DNA of 62,967 nt, filler included, from Reclinomonas americana ATCC 50394 (lineage: Eukaryota), in the NCBI GenBank assembly GCA_048213135.1. It is 17 parts of 17 records of this genome, joined end to end, with 100 filler letters (N's around TTAATTAATTAA, not from the genome) between each part and the next. Parts side by side here need not be neighbours in the genome. Positions count along the whole stretch, not along the records: positions 48,832 to 51,868 come from AFZH01019840.1; positions 51,969 to 53,984 come from AFZH01019841.1; positions 54,085 to 55,334 come from AFZH01019844.1; positions 55,435 to 56,828 come from AFZH01019845.1; positions 56,929 to 61,645 come from AFZH01019847.1; 12 more parts are not named here. One strand, 5' to 3'. Within the stretch, counting starts at the first letter, position 1. Each line of letters starts with the position of its first letter. Positions 48,931 to 59,577 of this stretch are shown piece by piece. The position numbers and the translations under genes are program-made. The notes under the pieces are model-generated. The model did not search any database. It had not been told where the DNA came from and worked only from the letters and a program-made list of their open reading frames with translations.

Positions 48931-49995
48931 ATGTCCGTTGCCATGCCCCTGCTTGCCGCGCCGATCTCGCGGCGCGGGTTCGGGCGTTTTCTTGCCGGCA
49001 CCGGCCTCGCCGCCTGGGCCGGGCTGCACAATGCGCCCGTGGCCGCCGCGTCGATCCCGCTGCGTTTCACGCTCGACTGGCGCTTCGAGGGACCGGCCGC
49101 GCTGTTTCTGACGGCGCTGGACAAGGGCTATTTCCGCGATGAAGGGCTCGACGTCACTATCGAGCCCGGGACCGGCTCGCGCGAAGCGATCCCAAGGGTC
49201 GCGACCGGCGGTTTCGATGCCGGTTTCGGCGATGTGAACACCCTGGTCCGCTTCCGCGACGATAACCCGACTGTCGATCTCAAGGCGGTGATGATGGTCT
49301 ATGACCGCCCGCCCTTCGCGATCGTCGGGCGCAAGAGCCGCGGTATCAGCGCCGATCCGAAGAGTCTGGAAGGCAAGAAGCTCGGCGCGCCCGCCGCCGA
49401 CGGCGCCTTCGCGCAATGGCCGGTGTTCAAGAAGGTCAACGGCATTGACGATGCCAAGATCAAGCTGGAGAATATCGGCTTTCCGGTGCGCGAGCCGATG
49501 CTGGCATCGGGCGAGCTCGATGCGATCTTCGGTTACGCCCATACCTCTTTGATCAATCTGAAGGCGCGCGGCGTGCCGGCCGACGACATCGTCATGATGC
49601 TGATGGCCGATCATGGGGTCGAGCTCTACGGCAACGCCGTCATCGTCTCGCCGAAGCTGCTCGCGGAGAAGCCGCAGGCGGTGCGCGGCCTGCTGCGGGC
49701 GATCACGCGCAGCGTTCGCGACGTCGTCGCCGATCCGGAGGCGGCGATCGCCGGCGTGCTGCAGCGCAACGAGGGCGCTCGTCCCGAGATCGAGCTGGAC
49801 CGCCTGAAGATGGCGCTCGATCACTATGTGATGACGCCGAATGTCAAAGCACTCGGCTTCGGCGGTATCGACAAGGCGCGCTGGCAGAAGGGGCTCGATC
49901 AGATCGGCCTGACCGTCTCGTTCAAGGACAAGGCGAAGGCCGGCAACGCCTTCGCCGAAGGCTTCCTGCCGGCGGAGGCCGAGCGCGCGTTCTGA
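48931..49995 (+). CDS. ABC transporter substrate-binding protein, NMT1/THI5 (SsuA/TauA-like) family, with Tat-like signal; start approximate
   Basis: SRRGFGRFL twin-arginine motif; FTLDWRFEGPAALFLTALDKGYFRDEGLDV; LYGNAVIVS. Confidence 0.85.
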   Translation: MSVAMPLLAAPISRRGFGRFLAGTGLAAWAGLHNAPVAAASIPLRFTLDWRFEGPAALFLTALDKGYFRDEGLDVTIEPGTGSREAIPRVATGGFDAGFGDVNTLVRFRDDNPTVDLKAVMMVYDRPPFAIVGRKSRGISADPKSLEGKKLGAPAADGAFAQWPVFKKVNGIDDAKIKLENIGFPVREPMLASGELDAIFGYAHTSLINLKARGVPADDIVMMLMADHGVELYGNAVIVSPKLLAEKPQAVRGLLRAITRSVRDVVADPEAAIAGVLQRNEGARPEIELDRLKMALDHYVMTPNVKALGFGGIDKARWQKGLDQIGLTVSFKDKAKAGNAFAEGFLPAEAERAF

Positions 49996-50115
49996 CCAGC
50001 GTCGTGGCTGACCTTAGGCCAAGGTGACAGCGGCTTTCGGCTTCGCCTATCGTGCGCCGCTTTGCAAGCTCGCGCCGGCCGGCGTGGGCTCGATCCGTCA
50101 TTTTGGGCCTGCCGC

Positions 50116-51732
50116 ATGCTTCCCGATATCCGCGACTATGAGCGCTTGCGCGCTGCCTTCCGCTGGCGGGTTCCGGAGCGCTACAATATCGGCGTCGATT
50201 GCTGCGACCGCTGGGCAGCCGTCGATCCCGGCAAGGTCGCGATCCTGGAGGTCCAGCCCGACTGGTCGGTCGTGCCCGTCAGCTATGGCGAATTGCGGGC
50301 GCAGTCGAACCGTCTTGCGAATGCGCTGCGCAAGCGTGGCGTCGGCGAAGGCGACCGGGTCGCGATCCTGCTGCCGCAAGGGCGGCTGGTGCCGATCGCC
50401 CATATGGCAGCCTATAAGCTCGGCGCCATCGCCGTGCCGCTGGCGGCATTGTTCGGCGCCGACGCGCTGTCCTATCGCCTGCGCGATTGCGGAGCGAAGG
50501 CGCTGATCACCAATGCCGCCGGGCTCGCCAAGCTCGGCCAGATCGAGGAGCCGCTGCCGGAGCTCCAGTTGGTGATCTCGGCCGACGGTCCGGATGGAAA
50601 GGCCGAAGGGCTCGCGCGCCTGCTGGAAGCTGAAGGCGATCACTTCACGCCGCTCGACAGCGGGGCTGACGACCCGGCGCTGATGATCTACACCTCCGGC
50701 ACCACCGGCAATGCCAAGGGTGCGCTGCATGGCCACCGGGTTATGCTCGGCCATCTGCCGGGCGTGGAGATGCCGCATGAGTTCCTGCCGCAGCCGGGCG
50801 ACCTGCTCTGGACGCCGGCGGACTGGGCCTGGGCCGGCGGCCTGCTCAACAATTTGCTGCCGGCGCTGCATCACGGCGTGCCGATCGTGGCGCGGCCGAC
50901 GGCGAAGTTCGACCCCGACGAAGCCTTCCGCCTGCTGGCCGATCTTAGCGTGCGCAATTGCTTCATCCCGCCGACGGCGCTGCGCATGCTGCGGGCGGTC
51001 GAGAACCCGCGCGGACGCTACGACCTCAAGCTGCGCACGGTGGCGTCCGGCGGAGAATCGCTCGGAGCCGAGACGCTCGCCTGGGGGCGCGAGGCGCTCG
51101 GCCTCACCATCAACGAATTCTACGGCCAGACCGAGTGCAATCTCGTGCTCGCCTCCTGCGCCGCGATTGGCGTGGTCAAGCCGGGCTTCATCGGCAAGGC
51201 GGTGCCGGGCCATGAGGTCGCGGTGGTCCGGCCCGACGGCAGCATCTGCGAGCCGGAGGAGGAGGGGCAGATCGCGGTGAAGCGGCCCGACCCGGTGATG
51301 TTCCTGCACTATTGGCGCAAGCCCGAGGCGACGCAGGCCAAGTTCATCGGCGACTGGATGACGACTGGCGACCAGGGCTCGCAGGATGCGCAGGGCTATA
51401 TCCGCTTCGTCGGCCGCGACGACGACGTCATCACCTCGTCCGGTTACCGGATCGGCCCGGGCGAGATCGAGGATTGCCTGCTGCGCCATCCGGCGGTGGC
51501 GCTCGCGGCGGTGGTCGGCAAGCCCGATGCGCTGAGGACCGAGATCGTCAAAGCCTTCATCGTGCCGAAGAGCGGCTACTCACCGTCAAAGGAGCTCGTC
51601 GCGGAAATCCAGGGCTTCGTGCGCAAGCGGCTGGCGGCGCATGAATACCCGCGCGAGATCGAGTTCCGCGAGGAATTGCCGATGACCACCACCGGCAAGA
51701 TCATCAGGCGGCTGCTGCGCGACGGCGGATGA
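50116..51732 (+). CDS. AMP-binding acyl-CoA synthetase
   Basis: IYTSGTTGNAKG, EFYGQTE, TGD, GRDDDVITSSGYRIGPGEIE, LPMTTTGKI. Confidence 0.92.
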   Translation: MLPDIRDYERLRAAFRWRVPERYNIGVDCCDRWAAVDPGKVAILEVQPDWSVVPVSYGELRAQSNRLANALRKRGVGEGDRVAILLPQGRLVPIAHMAAYKLGAIAVPLAALFGADALSYRLRDCGAKALITNAAGLAKLGQIEEPLPELQLVISADGPDGKAEGLARLLEAEGDHFTPLDSGADDPALMIYTSGTTGNAKGALHGHRVMLGHLPGVEMPHEFLPQPGDLLWTPADWAWAGGLLNNLLPALHHGVPIVARPTAKFDPDEAFRLLADLSVRNCFIPPTALRMLRAVENPRGRYDLKLRTVASGGESLGAETLAWGREALGLTINEFYGQTECNLVLASCAAIGVVKPGFIGKAVPGHEVAVVRPDGSICEPEEEGQIAVKRPDPVMFLHYWRKPEATQAKFIGDWMTTGDQGSQDAQGYIRFVGRDDDVITSSGYRIGPGEIEDCLLRHPAVALAAVVGKPDALRTEIVKAFIVPKSGYSPSKELVAEIQGFVRKRLAAHEYPREIEFREELPMTTTGKIIRRLLRDGG

Positions 51733-51968
51733 GCGGCGTCGCACGGCGCACGGTCTTCGCCGTCACCGTCAGGCGGATGTCGCCGAGGCGTTGCGGCAGC
51801 GTGACGGCATGGAGACCCGGCAAGTCGGCGAGAATCTCGCGCTGGTGGCCGCGCCGGCCGAGCCAGGCNNNNNNNNNNNNNNNNNNNNNNNNNNNNNNNN
51901 NNNNNNNNNNNNTTAATTAATTAANNNNNNNNNNNNNNNNNNNNNNNNNNNNNNNNNNNNNNNNNNNN

Positions 51969-52897
51969 CTCGAGATGAAGCTGATCGGCCCGGAGGTCTC
52001 GGCATCGTCGCCGAGCGCATGCCCGCCGCGGCGGACGCTGTCGCAGATGCTGTAGGCGCGCCCGCCATTGCCGGACGGCATGCTGGCGATGTTGCCGCCG
52101 AAGCCGCCCCATTTGCCGAAGCCTTCATCGAGCAACTGTGCCGCCTTGACGGTGCGCTCGGCGCCCGAGCTGGCGCCCATGACGACGGCGATCAGGGTGC
52201 GGCCATTGCGCGAGGCGGTGGAGACGACGTTGAAGCCGGAAGCGCAGACGAAGCCGGTCTTCATGCCGTTGATGCCGTAATAGCGGCCCACCAGCCCGTT
52301 GGTGTTGTTCAGCACCTGCTTGCCGAGCTGGACCGCGCCGGTGTTCCAGTAGTCGGAGTAGCGACCGAACTCGTTCATCAGCGCCATGGCGAGCACGGCG
52401 AGATCGCGGGCGCTGCTCTGCTGGTCGGGATGGTGCCAGCCATTCGGGTTGACGAAATGGGTGTCGTTCATGCCGAGCCGCTGGGCCTCGGCGTTCATCA
52501 TCGCGACGAAATTCTCGACATTGCCGCCGACGCCCTCGGCGATGACATAGGCGATGTCGTTGGCCGACTTGACCATCATGATGCGGATGGCGTTGTCGAG
52601 CGTGATCTCCTGGCCGGCCTTGATGTAGACCTTCACCCGCGGCTGGCTGGCAGCGAGCTTCGAGGCCGGGATTGCGGTCTCCAGCCCGATCCTGCCCTCG
52701 CGCACGGCCTTGAGCGCGAGATAGAGCGTCATCATCTTGGTGGTGGAGGCCGGATGCCAGGCCTGGGTCGGGTTCTCGCTCGACAAGACGGCGCCGCTCG
52801 AGGCGTCGACGACGATGCTCGTGCCGGCCAGGGCCGGAGCGGCGGCAGCGAGGAGCGAGGCGAGCGTGGCGCCGGCGGCGAGGCGAAGTGCGGTCAT
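51969..52897 (-). CDS. D-alanyl-D-alanine carboxypeptidase (peptidase S11), 3'-truncated
   Basis: Signal peptide; PASTTK (SxxK), SAND (SxN), FVNPNG, KTG. Confidence 0.9.
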
Positions 52898-53074
52898 CTG
52901 GAACTTGTCTTGACGTGGGTTGAGGGCTTCAACGCGACGCGTGAGGCATTTTCGAGACGGCGGGCGACAATTCTGCCTCGCTGATGATGCATACCTATCC
53001 TTCCTCGGGTGATTTGCCTAGCGCCGCATCGCGGTCCAAACCAGCGAGGTGCTTTTTCTTCGGGGTCTTCGCGC

Positions 53075-53977
53075 GTGAGCTTCAGCCTTCTGTGGATACC
53101 GGTGACGCTCGCCGCCTCGCTGCTCCAGACCGCCCGCAACCTGACCCAGCGCTCGCTGACCGAGGTGATCGGCGTGGTCGGCGCGACGCAGGTGCGCTTC
53201 CTGTTCGGACTGCCCTTCGCGCTGCTCTTCCTCGTCCTGGTCTGCCTCGCCAGCGGCGCCCTGCCGCCGATGCCCGATCTACGCGCCTTCGGCTTCGCCG
53301 TCTTCGGCGCGCTGACCCAGATCCTCGCCACGGCGCTGATGCTGGCGGCGATGCGCGAGCGCTCCTTCGCCGTAACGACCGCCTATACCAAGACCGAGCC
53401 GGTGCAGGTCGCGCTGTTCGGTACGGCGCTGCTCGGAGACGCGCTGGGCTGGCCGAAATTCATGGCGATCGTGGTCGCTACCGCCGGTGTCGTGCTGATG
53501 TCGTGGAAGCCCGGCGACAAGCTCAGTGCTGCCGGAATGCGCCCCGCGGCTCTCGGGATCGGCGCCGGCGCGGCCTTCGCGCTGTCGGCGATCGGCTTTC
53601 GCGGTGCGATCCAGGCTCTGCCGGAGGGGCATTTCCTGATGCGGGCGACCACGATCCTGGCGTTGGGGCTCGCCCTGCAGACTCTGATCCTGACGCTCTA
53701 CATGCTCGTCGCCAACCGGCCGGCGCTGATGCTCAGCCTGCGCAATTGGCGCCGCTCGCTGGCCGCCGGCTTTCTCGGCGCTGCCGCCTCGCAATGCTGG
53801 TTCATCGGCTTCTCGCTGACGACGGCGGCCAATGTCCGCACGCTCGGGCTGGTCGAGGTGCCGCTGGCGCAGATCGCCTCGCGCCGGATCTTCTCGGAAG
53901 GCACGAGCTGGCGCGAGCTCCTGGGCATGGCGATGATCGTCGCCGGTGTCGGTGCTCTCCTTCTGCTGGCGATTTAA
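53075..53977 (+). CDS. DMT/EamA family transporter
   Basis: About 10 hydrophobic segments in two repeats; RFLFGLPFA, AYTKTEPVQVA. Confidence 0.8.
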   Translation: MSFSLLWIPVTLAASLLQTARNLTQRSLTEVIGVVGATQVRFLFGLPFALLFLVLVCLASGALPPMPDLRAFGFAVFGALTQILATALMLAAMRERSFAVTTAYTKTEPVQVALFGTALLGDALGWPKFMAIVVATAGVVLMSWKPGDKLSAAGMRPAALGIGAGAAFALSAIGFRGAIQALPEGHFLMRATTILALGLALQTLILTLYMLVANRPALMLSLRNWRRSLAAGFLGAAASQCWFIGFSLTTAANVRTLGLVEVPLAQIASRRIFSEGTSWRELLGMAMIVAGVGALLLLAI

Positions 53978-54084
53978 AAACCGGNNNNNNNNNNNNNNNN
54001 NNNNNNNNNNNNNNNNNNNNNNNNNNNNTTAATTAATTAANNNNNNNNNNNNNNNNNNNNNNNNNNNNNNNNNNNNNNNNNNNN

Positions 54085-54569
54085 TTGACGATGGCGTAGT
54101 CGAGATTGGCGTTGAACTCGACCGGCTTGGGCTCGAGTTCGAAGACCTTGGCGCCCTTGCCGTCCTGCGTCAGGAAATCCATCACGATGATGGCGCGCAT
54201 CGGCGTCATCTCGCCGCTCTGCGGCAGGCAATGATGGTTTGTGAGGACATAGTCGCCCGGCAGCAGCTCGCCGGTGCAATGGGCGCCGGACTGTTTGCCG
54301 GTCTTGTTGTCCTTCAGCAGGATGTCGATGCGTCCGACGGGCTTGGCCATCTTGGCGAGCGGATCGCGCTGATCGAGTTCCGCGATCGGCTCGAAGGCGC
54401 CCTTATTGTTCTCGATATGGGTGGCGGCGTCGCCGGTGCTCTGCCGGCGCGGCATGCTGATCTTGCCGAAATCGCTGGGGTCGAAGCCCATCGTCTGGGC
54501 CGCGGCAGGCCCGGCAAGGGCAAGGCCGATGGCGCCGATGAAGGCGGCGCGGATGTTGGTCCCGGTCAT
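54085..54569 (-). CDS. Secreted trypsin-like serine protease, 3'-truncated
   Basis: Signal peptide; VGRI...CTGELL...VLTNHHC (catalytic His); LDYAIV (catalytic Asp). Confidence 0.8.
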
Positions 54570-54917
54570 ATTGGTCTGCAGCCATGCGGGCATGCGCTCA
54601 TTCCTCTCCTCAGCGAATCCCTTGCGGCGCTGCCGGCTGCCGCCTTGCAGCTCGATCGGCGCCAAGGTTGTGGCGGCAATCGGGCGGTTTCGGGACGATA
54701 GTCATCCGCACGCGCTTGGGGAAGCCTGAGCGCTTTTCGCGCCTGCGGAGAACTGGGGAATGTGGCTCGCGTGATACGAGTCGTCCCAGGCGATCGAAAG
54801 GAGGCCCGGGACCCATTCGGGAACCTCTTTCGGAAAGGCATAGGAACGGATGCCGGATCGGCGCCGCTGCGCGGCTTGTCCGGGATGACGCCGTGCTTGG
54901 TGTCGAAACCTGCTGGT

Positions 54918-55334
54918 TCAGCCCTTCTTCGCCGCCAACCCGGCGACGTCGGCGATGATGCCGTCGAGGGCGAAATCCTTCGGCGTGTAAACCCGGGCGA
55001 CGCCCATGTTCTTCAGCGCGTTCTCATCGTCTGGCGGAATGATGCCACCGACCACGACGGGAACATCCATGCCGGCGACGCGCAGCCTAGCCGTGACGTC
55101 GCGCACCAGCGGCAAATGCGAGCCGGAGAGGATGGAGAGGCCGATGATGTCGGCCTCGGTCTCCTTGGCCTGCGTCACGATCTCCTCGGGCGTCTGGCGG
55201 ATGCCGCCATAGGAAACCTGCATGCCGGCATCGCGGGCACGCACCGCGATCTGCTCGGCGCCATTCGAGTGGCCGTCGAGCCCGGGCTTGCCGACGAGGA
55301 AGCGCGGCGCTCTGCCCAGCCGCTCGGTCGCCTT
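54918..55334 (-). CDS. meaA: C-terminal B12-binding domain of ethylmalonyl-CoA mutase (MeaA/Ecm), 5'-truncated
   Basis: FLVGKPGLDGHSNGAEQIAVRARDAG (DxHxxG), IGLSILSGSH, VVVGGIIP. Confidence 0.85.
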   Translation of the reverse strand, partial: KATERLGRAPRFLVGKPGLDGHSNGAEQIAVRARDAGMQVSYGGIRQTPEEIVTQAKETEADIIGLSILSGSHLPLVRDVTARLRVAGMDVPVVVGGIIPPDDENALKNMGVARVYTPKDFALDGIIADVAGLAAKKG

Positions 55335-55434
55335 NNNNNNNNNNNNNNNNNNNNNNNNNNNNNNNNNNNNNNNNNNNNTTAATTAATTAANNNNNNNNNN
55401 NNNNNNNNNNNNNNNNNNNNNNNNNNNNNNNNNN

Positions 55435-55909
55435 CATAGCAGATCGACATCCCGACCAGCCCCCAGGGCGTCTCGACCAAGGTCGCCCGGTCGCCGCCGG
55501 AAAAGGTGTTGGATTCGCGCCAGGTCTCGCCATTGGGCAGGTCGACATCGAAAAGGTGGATCTTTTCGTAGCGCGCGACGATCTCGCCCTGGGGGTCGAT
55601 CATATAGGCGCGGTTGGCGATCTTCTCGCCGGCCTTGACCGAGAGCGAGCCGATCTGCAGCCAGACCTTGGTTTCGCGCGCCGCCTGCCGCAGCCCGGCC
55701 AGCACGTCGTGCTGATCCTCGCTTTGGCTGGTCTCGCGCAGGCGCTTCGTGTCGCGCTCGCAGAGATTGGTGACCTCCGGGGTCTGGACGAACTGCGCCC
55801 CGGCCGCCGCGGCCTCGCGGATCAGGCGGACCGCATCGTCCCGATTGCGCAGGGGATCGCGCGTCGAGCGCATCTGGACGCAGGCGGCGGTGAAGCGCGG
55901 CGCGGTCAT
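55435..55909 (-). CDS. Carbon-nitrogen hydrolase (Nit1-like), 3'-truncated
   Basis: TPE, YEKIHLFDVDL and GMSICY give the E-K-C catalytic triad. Confidence 0.88.
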
Positions 55910-55921
55910 CGGACTACTCCC

Positions 55922-56182
55922 TCAGGCGGCCTTCAGCAGCGGATCGAGCTCGCCGCGGGCATCGAGCGCGTGCAGGTCGTCGGACCCGCCGACATGGCGC
56001 CCGCCAATGAAGATCTGCGGCACGGAGGTGCGTCCGCCGGCCTTGGCCGTCATCTCCTGGCGCAGCTCCCTGTTGCCGTCGACATCAATCTCCTCGAAGG
56101 CGACTCCCTTCTTGGTCAGAAGGGCCTTGGCGGCCTGGCAATAGGGGCACCAGCCCGTGGTGTAGATCGTGACCTGCGGCAT
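55922..56182 (-). CDS. grxC: Glutaredoxin 3
   Basis: MPQVTIYTTGWCPYC...SVPQIFIGGRHVGGSDDL. Confidence 0.93.
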   Translation of the reverse strand: MPQVTIYTTGWCPYCQAAKALLTKKGVAFEEIDVDGNRELRQEMTAKAGGRTSVPQIFIGGRHVGGSDDLHALDARGELDPLLKAA

Positions 56183-56227
56183 CTGCCTATCCCGAAAGAC
56201 TGTTTCGCCTTGCAATATAGGGAGCCG

Positions 56228-56828
56228 TCACGCGTCCGTCACGACCCGGGCGAAGGTCAGCACGTCGACTGCGCTCGCCCCGCCGCGCAGCAAAGCGCGC
56301 GAGGCGGCGTTGACGGTCGAGCCGGTGGTCAGCACGTCGTCGACGAGCAGGATGCGCCTGCCCTCGACGAGCGGGCGCATCGCCGGCAGGACCTTGAAGG
56401 CGCCCTGTAGGTTGTCGGCGCGCTGCGCCTTGGTCAGCCCGACCTGCTGTCTGGTGCGCTTGACGCGGGCGAGCGCCTGCGGTGCGCAAGGGTGGCCGGA
56501 TTGGCGGGCGATCGCCGCCGCCAGCGCCGCCGCCTGGTTGAAGCGCCGCGTCCACAGGCGGAAGCGATGCAGGGGCACCGGCACGATGAGGTCGGCCTCG
56601 GCGATCACCTCGCGGCCCGCCTGCGCCATCATCCGGCCGAGCATCAGCGCAAGCTCGGTCCGGTCGCCATATTTTCAGCCGATGCACAAGCTCGCGCGCC
56701 GTGCCGTCGAAGCGGCAGGCGGCGCGGGCCCTCGCGAAGACCGGCGGATCGGCGATCGCGGCCGGCGAGATCAGTTCCGGGCCAAGATCGACCTCGAAGG
56801 GTGTGCCGAGCCGCTCGCAATAGGGCCG
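56228..56828 (-). CDS. comF: ComF family phosphoribosyltransferase-like protein, 5'-truncated, with an apparent +1 frameshift at 56672-56675
   Basis: VPVPLH...RRFNQA, RADNLQGAF, LLVDDVLTTGST. The expected LKYGDR is recovered only after removing one A from an AAAA run. Confidence 0.85.
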
Positions 56829-57607
56829 NNNNNNNNNNNNNNNNNNNNNNNNNNNNNNNNNNNNNNNNNNNNTTAATTAATTAANNNNNNNNNNNNNNNN
56901 NNNNNNNNNNNNNNNNNNNNNNNNNNNNGGTTACGCAGCGTCGGAAGACACCGACGGCCCGAGGTCGGGCGAAGGCGTAAGCGTCATCCGCATGCCTGGC
57001 GGGTGCGATTTGGCGCCCGCCGGAACTGTTGTTGAGGCGGCCCGTTCCTCATTCGGGGGAACAGGAGGTCATCATGCGGGACGGTTCTGGAAACAAGCTG
57101 AGCCCCGAAGAGGCGCAGAAAGTGAAATCGATCCAAGGAACGCCGGACAAGGAGTCTGTCAGCGACATTTCGATCGACCCTAACGCCGATAAGGATACCG
57201 GGGAAGCCGACAAACCCAAGGTGCCGCCGCAGGACAAACCGGCGGCGGGAGTTGGCGAGAGCTAGCGGCGGCGCCTGACCCTCAACTTTTCAATCGGAAA
57301 AATGCGGGCGTTGGTACCCGCGCGTTCCGTCGTTTCCGGTCGCGGCAGGGATTTGCCGTACCCCTCCGCGCGGCTAGCCGAGGCAGCGTTCCACCTCTTC
57401 ATCCTCCACCGTCGCGGGCCGCACATTCGTGGCGTAGGTCTCGCCAGTCCGGTCTCTGCCATTCATTGAACGAAACACGGGTACCGATCGGCGGAGCCTT
57501 GTTCCCAAACGCCGAGCCGTGAACGTACATGCCGGTATGCTCATCTGCGCCGACAGGGCGGATTCGGCCGCTATTTCGACCAGCGGACCATTGGTAAATT
57601 TCGCCAA

Positions 57608-58213
57608 TCATTGCTCATCTCCAAGCCGCTGCAACGCGGCCCTTAGCCTATCGACGGGGCCTTCAGTGCCTGCGTCAAGCTTGAGGCCCCCAACGGCCTC
57701 CCTAAAGCGGTCAAAGGCCGCATCGCTGGCCGATAAAGGCGTAACCCGCGCCTCGCCGTTCGAGGGGTCATCCACGACGGAGATCTCGAACAGTCTGAGC
57801 TCGTCGAGCCAGCGCTTAGTCGGACCCGAGCCTGCCGTCTTCTGAATGACGCTGTAGCCGATCGACAGACCATCCAGAGCGCCTGCATCCATCAGCGACA
57901 ACAGCCTGCGACCGTAGTCGGTGTCTAGCGCCAGGAGTTTGCCGCGGACAAAGAGGCCGTGGCCGTCCTCGCGCATCTCTGTCCAAATGCCGATAGGCAA
58001 ATCGTCCCAGATGTTACCGCTGTCCGCGTGCATAAGGCGCATATGCGGAAGCCGCCCCCGACCTTTCCAGGCAGCTAGCGTTTTGGCGAATGCGCCGCGG
58101 GAAATCCGGTCGCCGTGGGAATCGAGGTTCTCGAAGACGGCGCCGTATCCGCTAAACTCGCCTGTCTTCGTGTCGACGCGACGCTCAGTGAGCCTAGTTC
58201 TTAGCTGGTCCAT
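57608..58213 (-). CDS. HK97-family phage prohead protease
   Basis: GEFSGYGAVFENLDSHGDRISRGAF, H, PIGIW...EDGHGLFVRGKL, LDGLSIGY, LFEISVVDDPSN; GAGG RBS upstream. Confidence 0.9.
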   Translation of the reverse strand: MDQLRTRLTERRVDTKTGEFSGYGAVFENLDSHGDRISRGAFAKTLAAWKGRGRLPHMRLMHADSGNIWDDLPIGIWTEMREDGHGLFVRGKLLALDTDYGRRLLSLMDAGALDGLSIGYSVIQKTAGSGPTKRWLDELRLFEISVVDDPSNGEARVTPLSASDAAFDRFREAVGGLKLDAGTEGPVDRLRAALQRLGDEQ

Positions 58214-58351
58214 TGCGCCTCGGCGGCGACGGGCGCCGCTTGTCTGAACCGCGCTCCAGAGCGGCGCGCTTGTTCATGGTCTTGCCGGCCGTGGACGAGC
58301 GGTCGATCTGGGTGGCGTATTCGGCGCGTGGCCCTAGTGCCGTTTCCTTGG

Positions 58352-58948
58352 TCACAGGTAGCCCTCGGGAACGTCACGCTCGGCGATGTACCCGCGGCGG
58401 ACACCGTCGCGCAGGGCGTAACTGGCGTGGTCATTGCGCTTTCCCGGGGTGCCGAAGAGGTCGCTGCCAAAGTCGTGGAGGCCGCCCGAGTCGAAGCCCG
58501 CCACTTCAAGCCGATGGCGAATTTCGCCCAGTTTCGCGTGAGCTGCGACGGCCTTGGCGAGATGCTCGAAACATTCTCGAGCAAGCGCCTGCTGCTCAGG
58601 CCGGAACTCCCGCGCGACCAAGCCGGAGGCCGTCAGGCGCTCGGCACGGATCAGACAGGAAAGCTCATGCAGCGCGTCCTTTACGAGTTCGCGGCGCTTC
58701 GCCAACGCTGACAAGCGTTCGCGTACGTCTGCTGGCGGTTCATATGCCGAGCCGCGGATAAGGGCATCCACCTGAGTTTTCCGATCGTCGGCGAACCGGG
58801 CTGAGGCTTGTTCCTGCGCGATCTGCCGGCACTCGTCCTCGATGGAGCGCTGCTCGACAATAAGAGCGGAGTGCCGTCGCTGCAGGTCTCGCAACTCCGG
58901 TGAGATGTCTTCAGGACTCGGAATGGGCTTGTTGAAGTTTACCTTCAC
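58352..58948 (-). CDS. Hypothetical coiled-coil-rich protein (mobile element)
   Basis: The GTG start overlaps the upstream stop (GTGA); helical, charged sequence. Confidence 0.55.
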   Translation of the reverse strand: MKVNFNKPIPSPEDISPELRDLQRRHSALIVEQRSIEDECRQIAQEQASARFADDRKTQVDALIRGSAYEPPADVRERLSALAKRRELVKDALHELSCLIRAERLTASGLVAREFRPEQQALARECFEHLAKAVAAHAKLGEIRHRLEVAGFDSGGLHDFGSDLFGTPGKRNDHASYALRDGVRRGYIAERDVPEGYL

Positions 58949-59442
58949 AACTGAGCTCCAGACGTGGGAAGAAGCGCGCGGGCAATCTGCGCGATGGCGC
59001 GACATTCGATGGCAATGAAGCGCTGCAGACCGCGCTGAGGGCCTGCGGCGCGATAGACGGCGCTGCCAAGGAACGCGACATTGTCGCTGACGACCACCTT
59101 GTCATCGCGAAAGTTAGTGTCTCCACTGCGCCAGCCTGCGGCTTCCTCCACCAAGTCGGTGAGGGCGGTTTCGAGATCCAGGTGATTGTTGCCGCTGTGC
59201 AGGGGCATTGAGCCGAGCGCCTGGCCGTGACGAACCGCGTCCTTGATGGAGGGGCCGGCAAGAGAAAGGAGGGCGCGAGAGATGGTCCGAGGCGTTGGCG
59301 GCGGGGAAACCGGGCGACCAGAATCGATGCGGCCGGAGGCCTTTAGGGCGCTGATGACCTGGCGAACGAATGGTTTGGGCAAATGTAGATGCTCAACGAA
59401 TACGTCAACAACGTCTCCAGCGAGCGGAATGGAATTGGTCAT
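58945..59442 (-). CDS. Hypothetical protein (mobile element)
   Basis: ORF MTNSIPLAGDVV..., translationally coupled to the next gene. Confidence 0.5.
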   Translation of the reverse strand: MTNSIPLAGDVVDVFVEHLHLPKPFVRQVISALKASGRIDSGRPVSPPPTPRTISRALLSLAGPSIKDAVRHGQALGSMPLHSGNNHLDLETALTDLVEEAAGWRSGDTNFRDDKVVVSDNVAFLGSAVYRAAGPQRGLQRFIAIECRAIAQIARALLPTSGAQL

Positions 59443-59468
59443 TGAATGAAAACCAGAGATTGAAAGCG

Positions 59469-59501
59469 AAAAAGAAAGCGCCCGGCGAACGGCCAGGGCG
59501 C
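59469..59501 (-). terminator. Putative Rho-independent terminator
   Basis: Minus strand reads GCGCCC-TGGCCGTTCGCC-GGGCGC followed by TTTCTTTTT, just downstream of the 59578 stop. Confidence 0.55.
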
Positions 59502-59577
59502 AGTACAATTGCCGGGAGGGCAAAAGAGGGAATTGCTTCCCTCCTACCCATAATGCGAAGACGCTGCAAAAAAGGGA

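Noticed and set aside
56672..56675. comF frameshift as a pseudogene or programmed frameshift
   Set aside because: A single extra base in a homopolymer of a short, probably low-coverage contig; sequencing error is more likely.
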